A program made the translations under genes and the position numbers. From positions 3,262 through 67,261 of the forward strand of contig CANQVT010000006.1 in the NCBI GenBank assembly GCA_947627365.1: a stretch of DNA of 64,000 nucleotides, in the 5' to 3' direction. The DNA is from an uncultured Lachnospiraceae bacterium (GTDB lineage: Bacteria > Bacillota > Clostridia > Lachnospirales > Lachnospiraceae). Each line of letters opens with the position of its first letter. Within the stretch, counting starts at the first letter, position 1. Under the pieces are notes generated by a model. It saw only the letters and a list, made by a program, of their open reading frames with translations, did not search any database and was not told the origin of the DNA. Shown piece by piece: positions 46,941 to 55,941 of the stretch.

Positions 46941-47122
46941 GTGGGTAAAATCATGCGGCAATTTGCAGAGAAAAGAATTGACAAAACAGGCGATTTTGCA
47001 TAGACTTGAAATGCGGCAGTGATGGAGGATATCAGGATGGTGTAACGAAAGATCCTGCCGCGGAAAATAGGCAAATTTTGCATGTGTTTTTGCGAGAATA
47101 GTAGAAGAGAAGAGGAAAACAG

Positions 47123-48625
47123 ATGAAGGTATTTAACACGCAGACCAGGCGCAAGGAGGAGTTTGAGCCGCTCGTGCCGGGCAAGGTGAGCATGTACGTG
47201 TGCGGTCCGACGGTCTACAATTTTATTCATATCGGAAACGCGCGGCCGATGATCGTGTTCGATACGGCCAGGCGCTACATGGAGCACAAGGGCTATGAGG
47301 TCAACTATGTCTCGAACTTCACGGACGTGGACGACAAGATTATCGCAAAGGCGATCGAGGAGGGCGTAACGGCGCAGGAGATCTCCGAGCGCTACATCGC
47401 GGAGTGCAAGAAGGACATGGAGGGCATGAATGTGAAGCCCGCTACGACGCACCCGTTGGCGACGCAGGAAATCGACGGGATGATCGAGATGATCCAGACG
47501 CTGATCGATAAGGGCTACGCTTACGATGTGGACGGCACGGTTTATTTCCGGACGAAGAAGTTCAAGGATTACGGCAAGCTGTCGCACAAGAATCTTGACG
47601 ACCTGCGCTCCGGCAACCGCTCCCTGCTCGTGACGGGCGAGGATCAGAAGGAGGATCCGCTCGACTTCGTGCTGTGGAAGCCGAAGAAGGAGGGTGAACC
47701 GTCGTGGCCTTCTCCATGGAGCGATGGACGTCCGGGCTGGCACATCGAGTGCTCGGTCATGGCGAAAAAATACCTCGGGGAGGAGATCGACATTCATGCG
47801 GGCGGCGAGGATCTGATCTTCCCGCATCATGAGAACGAGATCGCGCAGAGCGAGTGCTGCAACGGCAAGCCGTTCGCGAAGTACTGGCTGCACAATGCAT
47901 TTTTGAATATCGATAACCGCAAGATGTCAAAATCGCTCGGCAATTTCTTCACGGTGCGCGAGATCTCCGAGAAGTACGATTTGCAGGTGCTGCGCTTTTT
48001 CATGCTGAGTGCGCATTATCGGAGCCCGCTGAATTTCAGCGCGGAGCTGATGGAGGCGTCGGCGAACGGACTGGAGCGCATCCGCAACGCGGTGTCAAAT
48101 CTCGGCTATCTGCTGGAGAACGCTCCGGCTGGCAGCGCATCGACAGAACAGGGCACGGAAAAAGACAGCGGTGCACCGATGGCGCAGAATACGGCGGCAG
48201 GAAATACCAGCGTGTCTGGGCAGAGTGCCGGCATGACGGCGGCGGAGCAGGCGGAGTTCGCGAATGTTATGGCGTTTGAGACGAAGTTTGACGAGGCGAT
48301 GGATGACGACTTCAACACGGCAGACGCGATCGCGGCGATCTTTGAGCTTGTCAAATACGCGAACAGCAACGTCTCTGCCGGAAATACGAAGGCGTTCATT
48401 CAGGCAGTGCGCGATGAGATCGTGAAGCTTTGCGACGTGCTTGGCATCATCGCAGAGGAGCAGCAGGAGCTTTTGGATGAGGAGATCGAAAAGCTGATCC
48501 AGGAGCGGCAGGAGGCACGCAAGGCAAAGAACTTCGCGCGCGCGGACGAGATCCGCAATCAGCTGCTCGAGCAGGGCATTACGCTTCTGGACACAAGAGA
48601 AGGAGTCAAATGGAAAAGAGCATAA
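47123..48625 (+). CDS. cysS: Cysteine--tRNA ligase
   Basis: YVCGPTVY..IHIGNAR, GRPGWHIECS, FPHHENE, KMSKS. Confidence 0.97.
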   Translation: MKVFNTQTRRKEEFEPLVPGKVSMYVCGPTVYNFIHIGNARPMIVFDTARRYMEHKGYEVNYVSNFTDVDDKIIAKAIEEGVTAQEISERYIAECKKDMEGMNVKPATTHPLATQEIDGMIEMIQTLIDKGYAYDVDGTVYFRTKKFKDYGKLSHKNLDDLRSGNRSLLVTGEDQKEDPLDFVLWKPKKEGEPSWPSPWSDGRPGWHIECSVMAKKYLGEEIDIHAGGEDLIFPHHENEIAQSECCNGKPFAKYWLHNAFLNIDNRKMSKSLGNFFTVREISEKYDLQVLRFFMLSAHYRSPLNFSAELMEASANGLERIRNAVSNLGYLLENAPAGSASTEQGTEKDSGAPMAQNTAAGNTSVSGQSAGMTAAEQAEFANVMAFETKFDEAMDDDFNTADAIAAIFELVKYANSNVSAGNTKAFIQAVRDEIVKLCDVLGIIAEEQQELLDEEIEKLIQERQEARKAKNFARADEIRNQLLEQGITLLDTREGVKWKRA

Positions 48626-49047
48626 AGTCATTTACGGAAAGCCTGGATGAAACATTCGGGCTTTCTGACAAGGATTGGAAAATGTATTCACCGCTGACGC
48701 TCGCGTATATCGGGGATGCGGTCTACGAGCTGATCGTCCGGACGATTTACGTAAAGCAGGCGAACTGCCAGACACAAAAGTTGCATCAGAAGGTGACGGC
48801 GTCTGTCAGCGCGCGGGCGCAGGCGAAGATTGCCGCCGCACTTCAGCCTTTTTTGACGGAGGAGGAGGCCGCGGTGTTTCGCCGCGGGCGCAACTCTAAG
48901 CCATACACGAAAGCGAAGAATGCGAGCATGGAGGAGTACCTTGCCGCGACGGGCTTCGAAGCGCTCGTCGGATATCTCTATCTGATGCGGGAGTACGAGC
49001 GGCTGAACGAGCTGGTTGCGCGGGGACTGGAGGAGATTCCTATTTAG
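48610..49047 (+). CDS. mrnC: Mini-ribonuclease III
   Basis: LAYIGDAVYEL, V.A.AQ, RRGRN, ATGFEAL.GYL; cysS-mrnC-rlmB synteny. Confidence 0.92.
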   Translation: MEKSIKSFTESLDETFGLSDKDWKMYSPLTLAYIGDAVYELIVRTIYVKQANCQTQKLHQKVTASVSARAQAKIAAALQPFLTEEEAAVFRRGRNSKPYTKAKNASMEEYLAATGFEALVGYLYLMREYERLNELVARGLEEIPI

Positions 49048-49238
49048 CATACATCGGACGGAATCGCACGGTACCCTTCCTGGGTATTTCCCGGCAAAAC
49101 CGCAATATCGGCTTTTAGAAGGGAAAGCCGATATTGAACGGCTTTGTGCCGGAAAACACCCGGAAATCTCTGCGATTCCTGTTTATGAAATGTTGAAATC
49201 CTATGAAAAAAGATTAAAACTACATGTTGGAGGACATT

Positions 49239-50024
49239 ATGGAATATAAGGAGAAGAACAGATCGAAGGATGTCGGCGGCGAGGACGCGCGCGTCATCGA
49301 GGGCAGAAACGCAGTGCTTGAGGCGTTTCGCGCGGGGAAGACGATCGACCGTCTGCTGATTCAGGATGGTTGTCAGGACGGTCCGATCCAGACGATCAAG
49401 CGTGAGGCGAGAAAGCACGATACGGTGATAGATTTTGTGGCGAAGGAGCGCATGGATCAGCTCTCGCCGACCGGGAAGCATCAGGGCGTGATCGCTTACA
49501 CGGCGGCGTATGAGTATGCATCCGTGGAGGACATTCTCGCGGCGGCAAGAGAAAATGGTGAGGATCCGTTCCTGATCCTGTTGGATGATATTGAGGATCC
49601 GCACAATCTCGGCGCGATCATCCGCACGGCGAATCTGGCGGGTGCGCACGGCGTGATCATTCCGAAACGGCGGGCGGTCGGACTGACGGCGACGGTCGCA
49701 CGAACCTCGGCGGGGGCGCTGAACTATACGCCGGTGGCGCGAGTGACAAATCTCGGGAACACGATCGAGGAGCTGAAAAAGGAGGGCATCTGGTTCGTCT
49801 GCGCAGATATGGACGCGGAGCCGATGTATCGCCAGAACCTGACCGGGCCGATCGGGCTGGTGATCGGAAGCGAGGGCGGAGGTGTCAGCCGCCTCGTGCG
49901 TGAGAAGTGTGATTTTGCCGCGGCGATCCCGATGAAGGGTGACATTGATTCGCTGAACGCTTCCGTGGCCGCGGGCGTGCTGATGTACGAGATCGTGCGG
50001 CAGCGGATGAGCGTCGGGAAATGA
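49239..50024 (+). CDS. rlmB: 23S rRNA (guanosine-2'-O)-methyltransferase, TrmH family
   Basis: EGRNAV.EA, HQGV, D..DPHNLGAIIRTA, IGSEG.G, SLNASVA. Confidence 0.94.
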   Translation: MEYKEKNRSKDVGGEDARVIEGRNAVLEAFRAGKTIDRLLIQDGCQDGPIQTIKREARKHDTVIDFVAKERMDQLSPTGKHQGVIAYTAAYEYASVEDILAAARENGEDPFLILLDDIEDPHNLGAIIRTANLAGAHGVIIPKRRAVGLTATVARTSAGALNYTPVARVTNLGNTIEELKKEGIWFVCADMDAEPMYRQNLTGPIGLVIGSEGGGVSRLVREKCDFAAAIPMKGDIDSLNASVAAGVLMYEIVRQRMSVGK

Positions 50025-50061
50025 TGAGACAATATAGAAGAAACAGAGGAGCAGGAGCCAG

Positions 50062-52242
50062 ATGATAAAAAGATTTGTATTTGGAAATCCGATGGAGACG
50101 GAGGCCGTGCCGGAAAAGCCGCAGGCGGTGCAGATATATGCAGATAAGGCAGGTAAGGAAAAGAAGGGCGTGAAAGAGGACGTAAGAACCGGGAAGAAGT
50201 CTGAGACAGCGCTCCCGCATCTTGTGTGGGACGATGAGGCTCTCTCTTTGCGGATGGACGACGAGGACATTGTGTACGGGCTTGGCGAGAATGTGCGTGG
50301 CATCAACAAGCGCGGCTGGATTTATGTGAGCGATTGTTCCGATGAACCGGATCATCACGAGGATATGCACTCCCTGTACGGCGCGCACAATTTCTTGCTG
50401 ATTGACGGGACGGAGACATTCGGACTGTTTATTGACACGCCATCAAAGGTGACATTTGATGTCGGTTATACGAAATACGATGAGCTGCGGATTACGGTGG
50501 AGGACAACGCGTTTGAGCTGTATGTGATCGAAGCGCCAAGGCTTGAACGGTCAGAGAAGACAATCGGGACGACCGGGACAGTGACCGTTGCTGATGGGGA
50601 AAAGTGTGCTATGAATGAATGGGACACGCAGGACGGATTCGCAGAGCAGGAACTCTCCGCTCCGGAGCAGATCGTACACGAATTCCGCCGCCTGATTGGC
50701 AGAAGCTACATCCCTCCGAAGTGGGCGTTCGGGTACGGACAGAGCCGCTGGAGCTATATGACCGAGCAGGAGGTGCGCGAGGTGGCGCGGCGGTACCGTG
50801 AGCATCATCTTCCGCTGGACATGATATACCTGGATATTGATTACATGGAGCGGTACAAGGACTTCACAGTTGACCGAGAGGCGTTCCCGGATTTTGAAGA
50901 GCTGGTCGAGGAGATGAAGGAGCAGGGCATTCGGCTTGTCCCGATCATCGACGCCGGTGTGAAGATCGAGAAGGGCTACGATGTCTATGAGGAGGGTATT
51001 GCGAACGGGTATTTCTGCAAAGATGAGGACGGAAAGGAGTTCATCGTCGGCGTGTGGCCCGGCAGGTGCCATTTTCCAGATATGCTGAACGATGAGGCGA
51101 GACGCTGGTTCGGGCGCAAGTACAAGGTGCTGCTCGATATGGGCGTCGAAGGCTTCTGGAACGACATGAACGAACCGGTGATCTTTTACTCGGAGAAACG
51201 GTTGGAGGAACTGTTTGACAAGCTGGGTGCATATAAGGGGAGAAACATGGGTGTGGATGATTTCTTTGAGTTTCAGCACATGCCAGCTGTCCTCTCGAAC
51301 TGTGCAGAGGATTACCGGAGCTTCTATCACAATTGTCGGGGGCAGAAGGTACGCCACGACAAAGTGCACAACCTGTTTGGTTATTACATGACGCGCTCGG
51401 CAGCAGAGGCGTTCGAGGAGTTGGAGCCGGATAAGAGAATTCTGCTGTTTTCTCGCGCGTCTTACATAGGAATGCACCGCTACGGCGGTATCTGGACCGG
51501 TGACAACAAATCGTGGTGGTCACATCTGCTTATGAATATGAAGATGTTGCCCTCGCTGAACATGTGCGGTTTTCTATACGTCGGCGCGGACATCGGTGGC
51601 TTCGACAGAGATTGCACACGTGATCTATTGCTGCGTTGGCTGGCGCTAGGAATCTTTCTGCCGCTGCTGCGGAATCACTCCGCGAAGTGGACCAGGCGGC
51701 AGGAGCTGTATGAGTTTGGAGACACAGAGGATTTCCGGGGAATTCTGGCGCTGCGCTATCGTCTGCTGCCTTACCTGTACAGTGAGTTCATGAAGGCGGC
51801 GCTGACGGACGGCATGTATGCGCGGCCGCTCGGTTTCGCGTGGAGAGAGGATCCAATCGCGCGTCGTGTGGAGGATCAGATGCTGATCGGGGAGAGCATC
51901 ATGATCGCGCCGGTGTACGAGCAGAACGCGGCGGGACGGGTGGTCTATTTGCCGGAGGAGATGAAACTTGTGCGTTTTAAGGACGCGCAGATTTCGGAGG
52001 AGACTGTGCTGCCGGCGGGACATCATTATGTGGAGATTCCGCTTGATGAGGTTGTGCTGTTTGTCCGCAAGGGGCATATTCTTCCGCTCGCACAGGGAGG
52101 CGAGAAGGTGGCGGATGTGGACTGGGATGAGCTGGAACTGGTTCATTTCGCCGGGCGCGGAGCAAGGTACGATCTATACGACGACGACGGCGTGAGCCGG
52201 GACGTGGATCTTGATGAGGGCATTCAGTGGATTTGCTTGTAA
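50062..52242 (+). CDS. Glycoside hydrolase family 31 (alpha-glucosidase)
   Basis: YGLGE, P.WA.G..QSRW.Y, LDIDYM, WNDMNEP nucleophile motif, WTGDN, GADIGGF. Confidence 0.92.
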   Translation: MIKRFVFGNPMETEAVPEKPQAVQIYADKAGKEKKGVKEDVRTGKKSETALPHLVWDDEALSLRMDDEDIVYGLGENVRGINKRGWIYVSDCSDEPDHHEDMHSLYGAHNFLLIDGTETFGLFIDTPSKVTFDVGYTKYDELRITVEDNAFELYVIEAPRLERSEKTIGTTGTVTVADGEKCAMNEWDTQDGFAEQELSAPEQIVHEFRRLIGRSYIPPKWAFGYGQSRWSYMTEQEVREVARRYREHHLPLDMIYLDIDYMERYKDFTVDREAFPDFEELVEEMKEQGIRLVPIIDAGVKIEKGYDVYEEGIANGYFCKDEDGKEFIVGVWPGRCHFPDMLNDEARRWFGRKYKVLLDMGVEGFWNDMNEPVIFYSEKRLEELFDKLGAYKGRNMGVDDFFEFQHMPAVLSNCAEDYRSFYHNCRGQKVRHDKVHNLFGYYMTRSAAEAFEELEPDKRILLFSRASYIGMHRYGGIWTGDNKSWWSHLLMNMKMLPSLNMCGFLYVGADIGGFDRDCTRDLLLRWLALGIFLPLLRNHSAKWTRRQELYEFGDTEDFRGILALRYRLLPYLYSEFMKAALTDGMYARPLGFAWREDPIARRVEDQMLIGESIMIAPVYEQNAAGRVVYLPEEMKLVRFKDAQISEETVLPAGHHYVEIPLDEVVLFVRKGHILPLAQGGEKVADVDWDELELVHFAGRGARYDLYDDDGVSRDVDLDEGIQWICL

Positions 52243-52297
52243 ACGGGCTCCCGCTTGAAAAACCTGAGGAGTTGAAAACCGGATATATGATTTCTTA

Positions 52298-52331
52298 TAA
52301 AGGCACCCCTGTTTTTGCAAAGGTGCCTTTT
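52298..52331. terminator. Bidirectional terminator between convergent genes
   Basis: AAAGGCACC / GGTGCCTTTT. Confidence 0.6.
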
Positions 52332-52335
52332 GATT

Positions 52336-53688
52336 TCATAAACATGCCGCCATATAAAACGGCAGATACAGCACGCCGTTTTCAAACTTCAGATCCTTAG
52401 AATAGAATACATATTTTTCTTCGCTGCGCAGTTGATATTTCTTTATGAAATAATCAAAAGATTTGTGCGATTTGTATCCGGAAGATTTTACCTCTATGGG
52501 ACACAACTTTTTCTTTTTGACGATCAGAAAATCGATTTCATATTTCTTTTCGTGTGCGGCATCCTGCGGACAGTAAAGGAATTCATGAAAATATAATTCA
52601 TATCCATTTGCGCGGAGCATTTGCGCGATCATATTTTCAAGAATCATACCCTGATCAATTCCAAGCCTGTCAAAAATCAATGCCTTGTAGATATCTGTCC
52701 CTGTCTCGCCCTGATTCTTCATTATTTGCGTTACAAGAAGACCTGTGTCTCCCATATACAATTTGAAATTGCTTCTGTCCGCAAACGCTTCCAGAGATAT
52801 TTCCGGCTTCGTGACATTGATACACTCGTTTCCGATCATGGACTCAGCGACGAAATTTATCGCGTCAACATAATTCTTATACCTGGCGTTTTTGTCCACA
52901 AGCGAAAAACGGAAATGTGAGTTGTGATTTTCCAGTTGCTTCGGAATCGTTCTGAAAATCACAGAGGCTTTTTCTCTGCTGTCGCTGTCATATTTCTTCA
53001 GGTCGTCTTCATAGAGCGCGAGAATGTTTCGCTTTACAAAATCAAGCTGCTCAAAAGATTTTCCTTCGGTAAGGGCAGCGACTGCCTGCGGCATGCCTCC
53101 AACCGTCATATAGGTGCGGAAGTGCTGCATAATTCTTCTGTGAATGGCGTCCCCCAAGGCTTTTCTTTTCTCAAAAGCATCCCGGATCGCGGGGACGGTG
53201 ACCGTATCTCCCTGCGCCCACAGGAATTCCTCAAAATCCATAGGATACATCTTCAAGCGGTATTCTTCGGAGGGAATCAGAATATCCTGTACATTTTTTT
53301 TGATAGAGATCAGCGAGCCCGTCTCAATGTAATCGAACCGTCCGTCTGCTACCAGATATTTGATTGCCTGTCTTGCGGCAGGAAATAACTGCACTTCGTC
53401 AAAGATGATAACAGCTTTTTTCTCCGGAAGCGTTTTACCTTTCAGCAAAAAAAGATTTCTAAAAAATGTATTTAGATCTCCTATGTTTTCTTCAAAGTTG
53501 TTTCTGACGTCCTTGCGCTCCTGCGCAAAGTCTAATATCATGTAGTCGTCATATTCGTTTTGTGCAAAGAATTTTACAATGGTGCTCTTTCCGGTACGTC
53601 TGGCGCCTTCAAGCATCAGTGCTGAAGTGCCTTGGGACAATTGCTTCCAACGCAGCATCAAATCATAGATTTTTCGTTTGAATATCAT
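52336..53688 (-). CDS. AAA ATPase (AAA_14) with DUF4143 PD-(D/E)xK-like domain
   Basis: GARRTGKS, FDEVQ, TGS, VGGMP, EIDF...PIEVKS; ATG at 53688 after AAGGAG; AT-richer than neighbours. Confidence 0.88.
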   Translation of the reverse strand: MIFKRKIYDLMLRWKQLSQGTSALMLEGARRTGKSTIVKFFAQNEYDDYMILDFAQERKDVRNNFEENIGDLNTFFRNLFLLKGKTLPEKKAVIIFDEVQLFPAARQAIKYLVADGRFDYIETGSLISIKKNVQDILIPSEEYRLKMYPMDFEEFLWAQGDTVTVPAIRDAFEKRKALGDAIHRRIMQHFRTYMTVGGMPQAVAALTEGKSFEQLDFVKRNILALYEDDLKKYDSDSREKASVIFRTIPKQLENHNSHFRFSLVDKNARYKNYVDAINFVAESMIGNECINVTKPEISLEAFADRSNFKLYMGDTGLLVTQIMKNQGETGTDIYKALIFDRLGIDQGMILENMIAQMLRANGYELYFHEFLYCPQDAAHEKKYEIDFLIVKKKKLCPIEVKSSGYKSHKSFDYFIKKYQLRSEEKYVFYSKDLKFENGVLYLPFYMAACL

Positions 53689-53747
53689 ATTTTTCTCCTT
53701 TCCGCGGCTGGTTTGCGCATATACTGCAAAGTATGTATGGACCGTCA

Positions 53748-53848
53748 TTCCCGAAATTTTTAATTTTATTATTATACTTTTTCCCGAATTTGTCAATTTT
53801 ATACTCCTTATTTTTCCCGAATTTTCAATTTTGAAATCCGAATTTTTC
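53748..53848. repeat. Four phased direct repeats with a CCGAA(A/T)TT core upstream of the AAA gene
   Basis: CCGAA at 53751, 53784, 53817 and 53838 (spacing 33, 33, 21). Confidence 0.75.
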
Positions 53849-53945
53849 ACGGATCTACAAATTTTAGCGCTTGCCTTTTCCCCGGTTCCATGCTATACTT
53901 GCAATCGCTGTGACGCCGAAAATCCGGCTTTGCGGCGGATCAACA

Positions 53946-53989
53946 ACGTCAGTTCGAGACCTTCCTGACGTAAAACAAAACTAAAGGAG
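53946..53989 (+). promoter_or_regulatory. preQ1-I riboswitch (type I-like, translational)
   Basis: Stem ACGTCAG/CTGACGT, loop TTCGAGACCTTC, A-rich tail AAAACAAAACTAA running into the AGGAG RBS of queT. Confidence 0.88.
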
Positions 53990-53999
53990 AAAACTGAAT

Positions 54000-54494
54000 A
54001 TGAAAGACAAAAAAGTATTGTTCCTTGTCCACGCGGCGGCGGTCGCCGCTGTCTACGTCGTGCTGACGCTGCTGTTCGCGCCATTTTCCTTCGGGGAGAT
54101 ACAGGTGCGGGTTTCCGAAGCGCTGACGGTCCTGCCGTTCTTCACGCCGGCGGCGGTTCCCGGGCTTTTCGCAGGATGCCTGATCGCGAACATCCTGGGC
54201 GGCGCGATTCCGGCGGACATAGCGTTCGGCAGTATCGCGACGCTGCTTGGCGCGGTGGGTACATACCTGCTTCGGAAGAAGAGCCGTTATCTTGCCCCGA
54301 TCCCTCCGATTGTGGCGAACACGCTGATCGTGCCGTTCGTGCTGCGCTTCGGGTATGGATTGAATCTTCCGATCCCGTTCATGATGCTGACCGTAGGGAT
54401 CGGGGAAGTGATCTCCTGCGGGATCTTTGGCATGATCGTGCTGACGGCGCTAGAACGCTACAAGGGAACGATTTTTAAACAGGCTGCGGTGTGA
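54000..54494 (+). CDS. queT: QueT family queuosine-precursor transporter
   Basis: AA.Y..LT....SFG.IQ.R.SEAL..LP.F, GL..GC..AN, D..FG..AT; preQ1 riboswitch upstream. Confidence 0.92.
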   Translation: MKDKKVLFLVHAAAVAAVYVVLTLLFAPFSFGEIQVRVSEALTVLPFFTPAAVPGLFAGCLIANILGGAIPADIAFGSIATLLGAVGTYLLRKKSRYLAPIPPIVANTLIVPFVLRFGYGLNLPIPFMMLTVGIGEVISCGIFGMIVLTALERYKGTIFKQAAV

Positions 54495-54630
54495 CGGAAA
54501 CACAGAAAATAGAACGGAACATGCCTGGAAAATAAGAGAATTATAAAAGAAAAACAGAAATCCCGGAACCAATATAAGAAAGGCCTCACACGGTTCCGGG
54601 TTTCTTATGTCCAAAGTACAGCCGCTTCGC

Positions 54631-55704
54631 TTACATGGTAAACTGGAACACACAGTACGCCGCGTAGATGCACAGCAGCAGGATCCCCTGCACGCGGGCC
54701 AGCTTGTTGCGCAGGATCGCCGGGACGGTCATGAGCAGCATGACGAAGAGCATGACCGGAATGTCGACGGCCAGCGATGCATTATGGCCTGCCACGACGG
54801 AGCTCTGCGGGATGTCGAAGGGCGCGATCGTGATAGCAGTGCCGCTCACGAGCACGAGGTTGAAGAGGTTGGCTCCGATGACATTGCCGAGCGAGAGCGC
54901 GCCGTGTCCTTTCGCGAGCGAGGTGATGGCGGTCACGAGCTCCGGTAGCGAGGTGCCGAGCGCGACGAAGGTCAGCGCGATCACGGATTCCGGTACGCCG
55001 AGCGCCTGCGCGATCAGGGTGCCGTTGTCGACGAGCAGTCTCGCGCCGATGGCGATCAGGACGGCTCCAACGACGAGCAGCACGATATTTTTGCCCATAC
55101 TGTTTTCCGGCTCTGCGGTCTCGGAGCCGGAATTATTTTTTCCGGAGCTTCCTTCACCGGGGCCGGATTCCGCTATTGCGGCGGAACTGTTTTTTCCGGA
55201 TTTTTCTTTACCGGTATCGAGCGCCGCCGCGGCAGAAGCCTGTGCGGAATGGTCTCCCTTCATCTGCAATACCGTGTAGACCATATAGACAACGAAGAGC
55301 CCGAGCAGAAGGAGACCGGTAGTCCGGCTGAAATGTCCGCTCGTGTAGGCGATAAATGAATAAAAGACAGCCGCCGCGAAAAAGAACAGGACGGGCGAGA
55401 TCAGCGTCTTTCGGTCGACGTTTCCGGGTCTGATGGCGATCGTCAGAGCCGCGATCAGCGACGTGTTGCAGATGATGGAGCCGATCGCGTTGCCGTAGGC
55501 GATCTCACCGTGACCAGAGAAGGCTGCCGACGCGGAGACCATGACCTCCGGCAGTGTTGTGCCGATAGAAACGACCGTCGCTCCGATGAGCAGCTCCGGG
55601 ATACGGAAATGGTGCGCGATCCCGGTCGCGCCGTCCACAAACCAGTCGCCGCCCTTGATCAGCAGCAGCAGACCCACGATAAACAAAAGCACTGGAACTA
55701 ACAT
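54631..55704 (-). CDS. Calcium/sodium antiporter (CaCA, YrbG-like)
   Basis: Alpha repeats GTTLPE...GN.IGS...N and GTSLPE...GN.IG.N..N. Confidence 0.92.
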   Translation of the reverse strand: MLVPVLLFIVGLLLLIKGGDWFVDGATGIAHHFRIPELLIGATVVSIGTTLPEVMVSASAAFSGHGEIAYGNAIGSIICNTSLIAALTIAIRPGNVDRKTLISPVLFFFAAAVFYSFIAYTSGHFSRTTGLLLLGLFVVYMVYTVLQMKGDHSAQASAAAALDTGKEKSGKNSSAAIAESGPGEGSSGKNNSGSETAEPENSMGKNIVLLVVGAVLIAIGARLLVDNGTLIAQALGVPESVIALTFVALGTSLPELVTAITSLAKGHGALSLGNVIGANLFNLVLVSGTAITIAPFDIPQSSVVAGHNASLAVDIPVMLFVMLLMTVPAILRNKLARVQGILLLCIYAAYCVFQFTM

Positions 55705-55941
55705 AACATATCCTCCCTCTGATCCGGGCAGATCTTTCCCGGATCGATCTTACTACACTATAGCACAGGTGGCGAAATTTTTAAAGAAAAGGATTAACAG
55801 AAACGGAAAGATGTTATATACTGATTATATTGCTCGATCTGAGCCGGGGCGTTCGCTGCCGGAATCGTAAAAAGACGATGGGCGGGCGATCATATAATAC
55901 CGGGTATCGGTGATTAAGTAGGGAAAGAAAAAGGGCTGAAT

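Noticed and set aside
46975-47122. T-box upstream of cysS
   Set aside because: A promoter and a GCGGCAG/CTGCCGC hairpin are present, but there is no GGTGGNACC T-box motif or specifier stem.
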